A stretch of 64,000 nucleotides of DNA from Rhodospirillaceae bacterium (GTDB lineage: Bacteria > Pseudomonadota > Alphaproteobacteria > CACIAM-22H2), in contig JAIXXA010000035.1 in the NCBI GenBank assembly GCA_027490975.1, positions 9,164 through 73,163 of the forward strand, given 5' to 3'. Below the pieces are notes generated by a model, which made no database searches, was not told the DNA's origin, and saw only the letters and a list, made by a program, of their open reading frames with translations. Positions 50,257 through 59,102 of this stretch are shown one piece after another (position 1 is the first letter of the stretch; every line of letters begins with the position of its first letter). Both the position numbers and the translations under genes were made by a program.

Positions 50257-51465
50257 TTACGCACTTTGGTAGAGTTTGGTCATCACGAATTCGCGATGGC
50301 CCAAGGCCTCGGCGCAGGTATAGCGGCCGTTGCACACGCGGATCATCACGTCGATCAAGCGATCGCCCGCCTCGTCGAGATCCATTTCGCGGCGCAGGAT
50401 GCCCGACACGTCGAGATCGATATGCTCGGGCATCAGGCGCGCGGTCTTGGGATTGGCCGTGAGCTTGATCACGGGCTCGATCGGATTGCCGATCACGTTG
50501 CCCTGGCCCGTGGGGAACAGATGCACGACGAACCCCGCCGCCGCCTGCAGCGTCACGCATTCGGCGGCGGCCGACGACGTGTCCATGAAATAGAGGCCCT
50601 TGCCCTTGGCCGGCATTTCGGCCGGGCCCAGCACGTCCACGTATTTCGTCTTGTGGCCAATCTTCTGGAAATTGCCGAAGGCTTTTTCCTCGATCGTCGT
50701 GAGGCCGCCCGCGATGTTGCCCTTTGTCGGCTGCGAGTCCGACAGGTCGTCGGTTTTGTAGCGCTCGATCATGCCTTGGTACGCGTTGAACACGCCCATG
50801 AACTTGTCGGCGACGTTTTTGTTGAGCGCGCGCTTGACCATTTCGGTCTCGGCACCCGTGAGCTCGGACGTTTCGCCGAAGCACGTGGTCGCCCCCAAGG
50901 GGTCGATCTTGTCGATGAGATTGCCGACCGTCGGGCACGAGGCGAGGCCCGACGTGGTGTCGGATTCGCCGCATTTGGTCGAGACCCAAAGCTCGTCGAT
51001 CGTGCAGGCCTCGCGCTGCTTTTCGGTCGCCCACATCACGAATTGCTGGGCGACGCGGCTGGCCGCTTCGATGGTTTTGAGATCGCCGTTGCCTTCGATC
51101 GCGAAGCCCTGCACGGGCTTGCCGGTCTTGGCGATGCCGTCCACGACGCGCGCGGTCCAGCCGGGCTCGATGCCGATCACGACCACGGCCGCCACGTTGG
51201 CGTTGCAGCCCGTGCCGATCAGCGTGCGGAAATGGAGGGCCAGATCTTCGCCGAACTGCAGGCGCCCGTAGGCGTGCGGCAGCGCCATCGTTCCCTTGAT
51301 GTTGTTGGCGACGGCTTCGGCCGCCGAATTCGACAGATCGTCGAGCGGCAACACGATGACGTGGTTGCGGATGCCGACGCGGCCATTCTCGCGGCGATAG
51401 CCCATGAAGGGCAGTTTGCCGACCGAACGCGCGCGCTTTTTGATGAGTGCTGGGGCTTTGGCCAT
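50257..51465 (-). CDS. UxaA-family dehydratase large subunit (altronate dehydratase C-terminal homolog; SuyB-like)
   Basis: Start [10 protein letters not shown]...[17 protein letters not shown] corresponds to the start of the UxaA large domain. Perfect AAGGAG SD 7 nt upstream. Confidence 0.75.
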   Translation of the reverse strand: MAKAPALIKKRARSVGKLPFMGYRRENGRVGIRNHVIVLPLDDLSNSAAEAVANNIKGTMALPHAYGRLQFGEDLALHFRTLIGTGCNANVAAVVVIGIEPGWTARVVDGIAKTGKPVQGFAIEGNGDLKTIEAASRVAQQFVMWATEKQREACTIDELWVSTKCGESDTTSGLASCPTVGNLIDKIDPLGATTCFGETSELTGAETEMVKRALNKNVADKFMGVFNAYQGMIERYKTDDLSDSQPTKGNIAGGLTTIEEKAFGNFQKIGHKTKYVDVLGPAEMPAKGKGLYFMDTSSAAAECVTLQAAAGFVVHLFPTGQGNVIGNPIEPVIKLTANPKTARLMPEHIDLDVSGILRREMDLDEAGDRLIDVMIRVCNGRYTCAEALGHREFVMTKLYQSA

Positions 51466-51506
51466 GGGCCGCTCCTTTTTGTTCGCCGATTCCCTTAAGG
51501 GCACGC

Positions 51507-51791
51507 TTACCAGCGCTTGGTCTTCATGTTGTGGACGTGGACATGGTCGCCTTTTTTGGCGTCCGCCACGATGCGGCCGATATCGTGCCCGTATTTGAGG
51601 ACCGTATCGCCCTTCTTGAGATCGACGAGGGCGATCTTGTGGCCGAGCGGAATGGCTTTGAGCGCCTTGAGCTTGACCGTGCCGTCGCCTTCCATGAGCC
51701 AGCCTTCGAGCATGGCGCCGGGTTTGACGTCTTCGACGACGATCACGCCGACCGTGTCCTTTTTGTCGTGGACGATGAATTGGGTCGCCAT
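51507..51791 (-). CDS. UxaA-family small subunit with SAF domain (SuyA-like)
   Basis: 94 aa, [24 protein letters not shown]-domain pattern. GGGGAGGG SD. Confidence 0.7.
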   Translation of the reverse strand: MATQFIVHDKKDTVGVIVVEDVKPGAMLEGWLMEGDGTVKLKALKAIPLGHKIALVDLKKGDTVLKYGHDIGRIVADAKKGDHVHVHNMKTKRW

Positions 51792-51875
51792 GTCCCTCCC
51801 CTTGGTGTCGTTGCTTTTGCTTCGCGAACTTCGTGAGCCGACGCTAGGGCGCTCCGCGTTCTTGCGTCAATTGCA

Positions 51876-51894
51876 TCTTCTATCTTATAGAAGA
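51876..51894. promoter_or_regulatory. perfect 19-bp palindrome TCTTCTAT-ctt-ATAGAAGA, putative GntR/HutC operator
   Basis: 8-bp arms in perfect reverse complement. Ends 2 nt before the gntR ATG, in the divergent intergenic region between the regulator and the suyA-like operon. Confidence 0.6.
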
Positions 51895-51896
51895 CT

Positions 51897-52625
51897 ATGC
51901 GCTCCAAACTCGCCCGGCCTCTGCCGCTTTACGCGCGCGCCAAACAAGCTTTGATGCAGAAGCTCGGCAGCGGCGTGTGGCGGGCTGGCGAAAAACTGCC
52001 GCCCGAACCCGCCCTTGCCGCGAGCCTCGGCGTGAGCCAAGGCACCGTGCGCCGGGCGCTGGACGACATCGCCAAAGCCAACCTGATCGTGCGCCGGCAG
52101 GGCCGCGGCACGTTCGTGGCCGAGCACACGCAAGCGCGCGCTCTGTTCCATTTTTTCCATCTCGTCGGCGACGACGGCAGGCGCGCTTTGCCGGGCAGCC
52201 GCATGCTGTCGCTCAAGGCGGGCCCTGCGACGCGCGACGAATCCCAGCGCCTGGGCCTCGCACCGTCGGCGCGCGTCGTGCGGCTGCAGCGTTTGCGCCT
52301 GCTCGAAGGGGCGGCCGCGATCGTCGAACGCATCGTCGTGCCCGCCGCCCTCTTCCAAGGGCTCGACGTGCGCGACCGGGCCGATCTGCCCAACGAGCTC
52401 TACAAGCTCTACCAGGACCGTTTCGGCGTGTCGGTCGCGCGGGCCGCCGAACGGCTCAAAGCCGTGGCCGCGAGCCCCGAAGACGCGGCCTATCTCGGTT
52501 TGCGCAGCGGTGCCCCCTTGCTCGAGATCGACCGCATCGCGTTCGCGCTCGACGGACGCGCCTGCGAATGGCGCGTGTCGCGCTGTTCGACGCACCGCCA
52601 CCACTATGTTTCCGAAGTGGTTTAG
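51897..52625 (+). CDS. GntR family transcriptional regulator, HutC subfamily (UTRA effector domain)
   Basis: N-terminal wHTH (LPPEPALAASLGVSQGTVRRALDDI) plus a C-terminal UTRA-like domain. 242 aa. Confidence 0.85.
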   Translation: MRSKLARPLPLYARAKQALMQKLGSGVWRAGEKLPPEPALAASLGVSQGTVRRALDDIAKANLIVRRQGRGTFVAEHTQARALFHFFHLVGDDGRRALPGSRMLSLKAGPATRDESQRLGLAPSARVVRLQRLRLLEGAAAIVERIVVPAALFQGLDVRDRADLPNELYKLYQDRFGVSVARAAERLKAVAASPEDAAYLGLRSGAPLLEIDRIAFALDGRACEWRVSRCSTHRHHYVSEVV

Positions 52626-52640
52626 CCGTAGGATCGCGCC

Positions 52641-53771
52641 ATGGCGACACCGGACGAAATCCGCGACGGCTTGCGCGAACTCGATTTTGCTTTGCAGGCG
52701 GCCTGGAAGCTCGGCCAGCACATGATTGCGGGCTGGACGGTGGCGGGCAATGTCGTGTCGATCTGCGCGGCGCCTGTGTGGCGCGTGCTGGCCGAGGCGC
52801 CCAAAGTGCCGCGCGTGCTGTCGGGCAGCCGCCAGATGGGGGCCCAGACCTTCGGCGAGGTCGCCAAGACGCTGCAGGCGCGCCCGATCCGCGTCGAGCT
52901 GCCCTTCGCGGTCGGCGACGGCAAAGGCGACGTCGATCCGCAGGTCGTGGACCAAGTCGTGCGGCGCTACGGCGTGTCGCGCACCGAGCATCGCGCGGTG
53001 ATGCTGTTCGACATCGTCGGTTTCTCGAAGGTCGATCCGCTCGCGCAGATGGCGCAGCTCGCGAGCCTCGAATTTTCGATCAACAACGCGGCCAAAAAGA
53101 TGGCCGAGATCGGGCTCGACATCGAGCTCGCACGCTCGACCGTCGGCGACGGGTTCTATGTGTGGAACCGCGCGCGCGGCTTCGAGGCAGATCTGCGCAC
53201 CTATGCGGCCCTGGTGCTGATCCTCGCCGACAATGCCGTGGCGCGCCTGCGCGGCCAGGCCGATTTTGTGCCCACCTTGCGCACGTGTTTTTCGGTGGGG
53301 GCGCACTACGCCTACCACCAGATCGAAGGCACGCGCCCGCGCGGCTTCGAATATCTGGTGGGCGAAGTGACGATCCAACTGGCGCGCCTGATCGGCAAGG
53401 CGCAGGCGAACCAAGTGTGCGTGGGCAGTTTCGTGCGCCCGACCGAGCCGCCGGTCGTGCGCCAGCTCGACACGATTTTGTTTCTCGCACGCGCCGAAAA
53501 GCTCGTCGACAAGCTGCAGGGCCTCACCGTGGGCGGCCACGCGATCGCGCGCATCCGCAGCCAGATCACCGGCGGCAAGGTCGGCGACACGGCGTTGCCG
53601 CTCGTCGTGCACCGCATCGTCGACAAACACGGCTACAACCACGATCTGTTCAACACGCGCCTGCTCGTGCAGCGCGAAGAAGCCGACCCGATCGTGGTGG
53701 GCCTGCAGCCGCAAGACCTCGCGGGCTTCGAAGCCGAAGCGCTGCCCTACAAGATCCCCGAAATCACGTGA
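52641..53771 (+). CDS. class III nucleotidyl-cyclase-fold protein (divergent, possibly non-catalytic)
   Basis: VMLFDIVGFS (metal Asp of the F[A]DIVGFT motif), STVGDGFYVW (second Asp, GD), and a YLVGEVTIQLARL region matching GxxVNxAARL but with Asn replaced by Ile. About 100-aa N-terminal and C-terminal extensions. Starts 16 nt after gntR. Confidence 0.6.
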   Translation: MATPDEIRDGLRELDFALQAAWKLGQHMIAGWTVAGNVVSICAAPVWRVLAEAPKVPRVLSGSRQMGAQTFGEVAKTLQARPIRVELPFAVGDGKGDVDPQVVDQVVRRYGVSRTEHRAVMLFDIVGFSKVDPLAQMAQLASLEFSINNAAKKMAEIGLDIELARSTVGDGFYVWNRARGFEADLRTYAALVLILADNAVARLRGQADFVPTLRTCFSVGAHYAYHQIEGTRPRGFEYLVGEVTIQLARLIGKAQANQVCVGSFVRPTEPPVVRQLDTILFLARAEKLVDKLQGLTVGGHAIARIRSQITGGKVGDTALPLVVHRIVDKHGYNHDLFNTRLLVQREEADPIVVGLQPQDLAGFEAEALPYKIPEIT

Positions 53772-54207
53772 CGCTCGTTGCCGCCAGCGGCTGCGGCTGG
53801 CCGGCATCGTCGAGGGCGACATAGGTGAAATTCGCGTCCGTCACCATCACGCGTTCGCCGTGGCCCTGGCGCAGCACCCACACTTCGACGTCGAAACAGA
53901 TCGAAGTGCGGCCGATTTTGACGAGCTGCGTGTAGCAGCACACGGTGTCGCCGACATTGACCGGCCGGTGGAACACGATATTCGAGACCGCAACCGTCGC
54001 CACGCGGCCGTGCGCATAGCGGGTCGCGCTCATTTTGCCGGCAACATCCATCAGCGACATGATCCAGCCGCCGAACACGTCGCCGCGTGGATTGGTGTCG
54101 GCCGGCATCGCCAAGGTGCGCGACGCCAATTCGCCGCGCGGCGCGCGCGTCGGCGGTGCGGCAGGGTTCGTTGTGGAAATGTGCTGCGTTCGGTCGAGAT
54201 AGCTCAT
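53764..54207 (-). CDS. acyl-CoA thioesterase (hotdog fold, YciA-like)
   Basis: GDVFGGWIMSLMDVAG hotdog motif. AGGAGGG SD. Confidence 0.75.
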   Translation of the reverse strand: MSYLDRTQHISTTNPAAPPTRAPRGELASRTLAMPADTNPRGDVFGGWIMSLMDVAGKMSATRYAHGRVATVAVSNIVFHRPVNVGDTVCCYTQLVKIGRTSICFDVEVWVLRQGHGERVMVTDANFTYVALDDAGQPQPLAATSVT

Positions 54208-54346
54208 CCAATGTCCCTCCTACGGAGAATCGGACGCCACCTCCCAGGCAAAAAGAATCTCACAATTCATGCTGCAGCGCAATACGCTGTGCAAATAATT
54301 CATATATCGCTGTAATAAAACATTATTGCGTTGCAGCAGCCGAAAT

Positions 54347-55618
54347 CTATTCCGCTGCGAGCCTTGCTTTGGCGCGCGCATCGAGAAGGGCCGTGTCGAG
54401 CGGCAGGCCCTTGAGCTGGTCGTCGTCGGCGATCGCGTCGCGCAGATCGATGCGGTCGAGACTCGCGCCGGCGAGTTTGGCGCCGCGCAGATCGACCGCA
54501 CGCAACGCGGCCTGGTCGAGCTTGGCGGCAAAACGGCGGTCGGCCGCGATCACGAGCGGCGAAAAATCGCAGTCGCGCAGATCGGCGCGCGTGAGTTTGG
54601 CCCCCGTGAGATTGACGCCGCGCAGATCCGCCCCGGCAAGTTTGCAGTCGCGCAAGTCGGCGCCCATCAGGCGCGCACCCTGCAATTGGCAACCGCGCAG
54701 ATCGAGCCCGACCAGAATCGCCTTCTCCGCGCGCAAGCCCACCAGCACCAGCCCCGCCAAAGGCGGCAGGCTGCGGCAATCGTAGCCGGAAAGATCGGCG
54801 GCCTTGCCTTGCGCCCCGCCCGTCTGCGCCCAGAGGGCGTGCAGGCGCAGCAGTTCGGCGGGTGCAACACCCTGCTCGGCGAGCGCTTTGCCGGCGAGAT
54901 TGTCGTTGACGACGTCGACCAGCGAAGCGCCGTCCATCACGGCGTCGGCAAGCTTCGTCCCCGTCATCACGGCGCCGTCGAGCGACGCTCCCGTGCAATT
55001 GGCGCCGCGCAGATCGGCCCCTGCGAGATTGGCGCCGACGAACTGCGCCTTCTGCAGATTGGCGCGCGCCAGTTTGCAGTCGCGCATGATCGCGTCGGTG
55101 AAATCGGCCTGGCCCGCCGACATGCCCTCCATCGACGCTTCGGAGAGGTTGGCGGCGGCAAGCGTGGCCCCCTGCAATTCGGCCGGGCCCACTTTGCCCA
55201 GGCGCACGGCATGCAGATTGCCGGCTTTGTCTTTCTGCGTGATCGAGCCTTCGCGCAGATCGGCCTGGATCAGATTGGCGCGCGTGAGATTGGCGCCGCG
55301 CAAACACGCCCCGCGCAGATCGGCGCGCACGAGGCTCGCCCCCTCGAGATCGGCCTCGCGAAAATCGCAGGCGAACAAGGACGCGCGGTCGAACACGCAA
55401 TCCGACAGCATGGCGCCGCGGAACGAGGCTCCCGTGCAATCGGCCTCGGCGAGATTGGCGCCCGCCATCGCCATGCCCGAGAGATCGGCGAACGCAAGCT
55501 GCGCGCGCACGCCGCCGGGTTTGCCGGTGCGAAACCGCTCGTGCAGCGCGATCGCATTCGCAAGTTCCGAATGCGAGTATTTTTTGCGCTGAATGTTCGA
55601 GGACTGGGTCGAGAGCAT
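54347..55618 (-). CDS. pentapeptide repeat-containing protein (423 aa)
   Basis: Continuous A(D/N)LxG pentapeptides. ATG at MLSTQ preceded by AAGG; the listed ORF starts at an upstream TTG. Confidence 0.8.
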   Translation of the reverse strand: MLSTQSSNIQRKKYSHSELANAIALHERFRTGKPGGVRAQLAFADLSGMAMAGANLAEADCTGASFRGAMLSDCVFDRASLFACDFREADLEGASLVRADLRGACLRGANLTRANLIQADLREGSITQKDKAGNLHAVRLGKVGPAELQGATLAAANLSEASMEGMSAGQADFTDAIMRDCKLARANLQKAQFVGANLAGADLRGANCTGASLDGAVMTGTKLADAVMDGASLVDVVNDNLAGKALAEQGVAPAELLRLHALWAQTGGAQGKAADLSGYDCRSLPPLAGLVLVGLRAEKAILVGLDLRGCQLQGARLMGADLRDCKLAGADLRGVNLTGAKLTRADLRDCDFSPLVIAADRRFAAKLDQAALRAVDLRGAKLAGASLDRIDLRDAIADDDQLKGLPLDTALLDARAKARLAAE

Positions 55619-55750
55619 CGCGCCGCCTTTTGACAAAGGCCAAAGTGCCCGATCAGAAACGCTAATTCAAGCCCTTAGCACCTGCGCGATGCGTAGAACC
55701 GCGCAATTTGCTAGGCTCGCGCGTTCGTTTCGAACATCGGAGGCCTGTCG

Positions 55751-56506
55751 ATGCGGCGTCGCATGTTTTTGCTGGGTGCAAGCGGCTCGGCTCTCGCAGC
55801 GGCACCGCTTGCCGCCCAAAGCCTGCTCGACCAAGGGCGCAGTCTTTTGAACCAAGGCGGCGTTGCCGTGCCCGGCGGCAATGGCGGCAGCGCGCGCGGG
55901 CGCGGCCTGTCGGCGGGCGAGATTGCGCAAGGCCTCAAAGACGCGCTCGAAAAAGGCAGTGCGTCGGCGGTTGCCAAGCTCGGCCGCACGGATGGATTTC
56001 TGGGCGACCCGGCCGTGCGCATTCCGCTGCCCGACCAGCTGGCGCGCGTGCAATCCGCCTTGCGCAGCATCGGCCAGTCGGGCCTCGCCGACGATCTCGA
56101 AACGCGCATGAACCGAGCGGCCGAGCAGGCCATGAATGCCGCCAAAGACATTTTCGTGCGCGCGATCCGCGGCATGACCGTGGCGGACGCAACCGGCATC
56201 CTGAACGGCCCGGCAGATGCCGCGACCCAGTATCTGCGCCGCACGACGGGCGGCGAACTCGGGGCCAAGCTGCGCCCGCCGATCGAACAGGCGCTCAGAA
56301 GCGCGGGCGCCGTTGCGGCCTACGACCGTATGATGGGCAGCTACCGCAATCTGCCCGGCGTGCCGAACGCGACGGCCGACCTTGCCGACTGGACGCGCGA
56401 CAAAGGCCTCGACGGCATTTTCCACTATGTGGCGCGCGAAGAGGCCGACATCCGCGCCAATCCCGCCGCGCGCACGACCGAGCTGTTGCGCAAAGTCTTC
56501 GGCTAG
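55751..56506 (+). CDS. DUF4197 family protein (Tat signal)
   Basis: MRRRMFLLGASGSALAAAPLAAQS signal. GGAGG SD 8 nt upstream. Confidence 0.65.
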   Translation: MRRRMFLLGASGSALAAAPLAAQSLLDQGRSLLNQGGVAVPGGNGGSARGRGLSAGEIAQGLKDALEKGSASAVAKLGRTDGFLGDPAVRIPLPDQLARVQSALRSIGQSGLADDLETRMNRAAEQAMNAAKDIFVRAIRGMTVADATGILNGPADAATQYLRRTTGGELGAKLRPPIEQALRSAGAVAAYDRMMGSYRNLPGVPNATADLADWTRDKGLDGIFHYVAREEADIRANPAARTTELLRKVFG

Positions 56507-56588
56507 GGCGCAGCCCCGGCCGATCTATCCAGCGCGCGCCCGAGGCGCTATGGTCGCAGAAATTCGCCGTTATCCGGAGTCCGCGCAC

Positions 56589-58463
56589 ATGCCGCCTGCC
56601 GCCCAATCGACCTTCACCACGCGTCCCGAAATCGTCGGCACGTTCGGCGTCGTTTCTTCGACCCACTGGATCGCAAGCCAGGTCGGCATGTCGATTCTCG
56701 AGAAAGGCGGCAACGCGTTCGACGCGGCCGTGGCGGCGGGTTTCGCGCTTCAGGTCGTCGAACCGCACATGAACGGCCTCGGCGGCGACGCCGTGCTGAT
56801 CGCCTGCACCGCCGACGGCACGCCCAAAGTGATCTGCGGCCAGGGCACGTCGCCCGCCGGCGCTTCGATCGCGCACTACAGAAGCGAAGGGCTCGATCTC
56901 GTGCCGGGCACGGGCTTGCTTGCCGCAACAGTGCCGGGCGCCTTCGATGCCTGGATGCTGATGCTGCGCGACTACGGCACGATCACGCTTGCCGAAGCGC
57001 TGTCGCCCGCCATCGGCTACGCCAAAAACGGCTTTCCGCTGCTGCCCGGCGTCGCCGGTGCGGTCTCGTCGGTCGCCGAGATTTTCAAAAACCATTGGAC
57101 GAGCTCGGCCGCCAACTGGATGCCGGGCGGTGCTGTGCCGACCGCCGGCACGCTGTTTACGACGCCCAAACTGGCGGCAACGCTTGAGCGCATCTTGGCC
57201 GAGGGTGCTTCGGCAGGCCCCGACCGCGAAGCGCAGATCGAGAAGGCGCGTGCGGCCTACTACAAAGGTTTTGTCGCCGAAGCGATCGACCGTTTCAGCC
57301 GCACGACCGACGTCATGGACGTCTCGGGCCGGCCGCACAAGGGCGTGCTGACGGGAGCCGACATGGCCGCGTGGCAGGCCACGTTCGAAGCGCCCGCGAC
57401 CTACGATTATCGCGGCGTGACCGTTTGCAAAGCCGGGCCCTGGAGCCAGGGCCCCGTGCTGCTGCAGGTGCTGGCGTTGCTGCAAGGCTACGACGTGCCC
57501 GCGATGGACACGAACGGCCCCGACTTCATCCATCTGCTCGTCGAAGCGACCAAGCTTGCCTATGCCGACCGCGAAGCCTGGTATGCCGATCCCAATTTCG
57601 CCGACGTGCCGCTCGAGGCGTTGCTGTCGGATGCCTACAACGCCGAGCGCCGCAAGCTCATCGGCGACAAAGCCTCGCTCGAATTGCGCCCCGGCGCGCC
57701 TTTGGGCCGCGCGGCCGTGCTGCCGAAATTCAACGTCGTCGGCACCAAGCGCACGATCCCGGGCATGGGCGGTTTCGGCGAACCCGCACGCGTCGAAAGC
57801 GACCAACAGAAGCAGGACGCCTATCGCGACGGCGGGGCCTCGGCCTTCGCGCGTGCGGGCAAGGCCGCGCGCGGGCCTGCCGAGGGCGATACGTGCCATC
57901 TCGACGTGGTCGATCGCTGGGGCAATGTCGTGGCCTGCACGCCGTCGGGCGGCTGGCTGCAATCTTCGCCGACCGTGCCCGAGCTTGGCTTCTGCCTGGG
58001 CACGCGCGCGCAGATGTTCTGGCTGCAGGAGGGCCTGCCCTCGAGCCTCAAGCCCAACATGCGCCCGCGCACGACGTTGACCCCGTCGATGGCGATCAAA
58101 GACGGCAAGCCGTGGCTCGCTTTCGGTTCGCCCGGCGGCGACAACCAGGACCAATGGATCGCGCAGTTTTTCATCCGCCATGTCGACCACGGCCTCAACA
58201 TGCAGGCCGCGATGGACCAGCCGATGCTGCAGACCGACCATTGGCCGAACTCGTTTTTCCCGCGCGAAGCACGGCCCGGCAAGGTGCAGCTCGAAGCGCG
58301 CTTCCCCAAAGAGACGATCGACGCGCTCAAGGAAAAAGGCCACGACATCGAGATCGGCGGCGACTGGTCGCTGGGCCGCAACGCCGCCGCCAAGCGCGAA
58401 GGCAAATTGCTGAAGGCCGCAGCCACGCCGCGCCAGCAGCAAGCCTACGCGGTCGGCCGCTAG
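56589..58463 (+). CDS. gamma-glutamyltransferase family protein
   Basis: FTTRPEIVGTFGVVSSTHWIASQVG N-terminus; autoprocessing-site context (...GDT/CHLDVVD). 624 aa. Alternative start at 56550. Confidence 0.8.
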   Translation: MPPAAQSTFTTRPEIVGTFGVVSSTHWIASQVGMSILEKGGNAFDAAVAAGFALQVVEPHMNGLGGDAVLIACTADGTPKVICGQGTSPAGASIAHYRSEGLDLVPGTGLLAATVPGAFDAWMLMLRDYGTITLAEALSPAIGYAKNGFPLLPGVAGAVSSVAEIFKNHWTSSAANWMPGGAVPTAGTLFTTPKLAATLERILAEGASAGPDREAQIEKARAAYYKGFVAEAIDRFSRTTDVMDVSGRPHKGVLTGADMAAWQATFEAPATYDYRGVTVCKAGPWSQGPVLLQVLALLQGYDVPAMDTNGPDFIHLLVEATKLAYADREAWYADPNFADVPLEALLSDAYNAERRKLIGDKASLELRPGAPLGRAAVLPKFNVVGTKRTIPGMGGFGEPARVESDQQKQDAYRDGGASAFARAGKAARGPAEGDTCHLDVVDRWGNVVACTPSGGWLQSSPTVPELGFCLGTRAQMFWLQEGLPSSLKPNMRPRTTLTPSMAIKDGKPWLAFGSPGGDNQDQWIAQFFIRHVDHGLNMQAAMDQPMLQTDHWPNSFFPREARPGKVQLEARFPKETIDALKEKGHDIEIGGDWSLGRNAAAKREGKLLKAAATPRQQQAYAVGR

Positions 58464-58484
58464 GCCCAAGCACGCGCCGCCGCC

Positions 58485-59102
58485 ATGCTCGAAGACGGCG
58501 GCAGCCACGCGGTTCTGGCCCTTGCTTCGGCCGTGGCCTGGGCGAGCGGGCTCAATCTTTACGGCGCCGTTCTCGCACTTGGCGCCATGCAGTGGTTCGG
58601 CATCGTCGATCTGCCGGGCGAGCTCGGGCTGGTCGCGCGGCCCGAAGTGATGCTCGTGGCAGGGCTGCTCTACGCCGCCCAATTCGTCGCCGACAAGATC
58701 CCGGGCGTGGATACGCTGTGGGACACGGTCCACACATTCGTCCGCATTCCGGCGGGCGCGTTGCTCGCCGCCGCTGCCGTGGGCCAAGCCGATCCAGCAC
58801 TGCATCTCGCGGCCCTGCTCGGCGGCGGCGCGTTGGCGCTCGGCACGCACGCGACCAAGGCAAGCGGGCGGCTGTTCGTGAACGCGCATGCGCCCGTGGT
58901 GGGCACGGCGGGTGCGTCGCTGGCCGAGGATGCAACCTTGTTCGGCGGCCTCTATCTTGCGGCCGCGAACCCGACGCTGTTTTTGATCGCCCTTGCCGTG
59001 CTTGTCGCCGCGATGGTCGTGGCGCTTTGGTATCTGGCGAGGTTCGTCGGCTTCCTGCTGCGCAAGCTCGCCGGGCTGTTCGGCACGCGGGCGCGCACCT
59101 AA
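58485..59102 (+). CDS. DUF4126 family membrane protein
   Basis: Four to five hydrophobic helices. 205 aa. Confidence 0.6.
   Translation: MLEDGGSHAVLALASAVAWASGLNLYGAVLALGAMQWFGIVDLPGELGLVARPEVMLVAGLLYAAQFVADKIPGVDTLWDTVHTFVRIPAGALLAAAAVGQADPALHLAALLGGGALALGTHATKASGRLFVNAHAPVVGTAGASLAEDATLFGGLYLAAANPTLFLIALAVLVAAMVVALWYLARFVGFLLRKLAGLFGTRART

Noticed and set aside
52641-54207. Cyclase-like gene as part of a CBASS/Pycsar defense cassette
   Set aside because: The only adjacent downstream gene is a convergent hotdog thioesterase, and the upstream gene is a metabolic regulator. No effector (TM, TIR, nuclease, phospholipase) sits in an operon with it.
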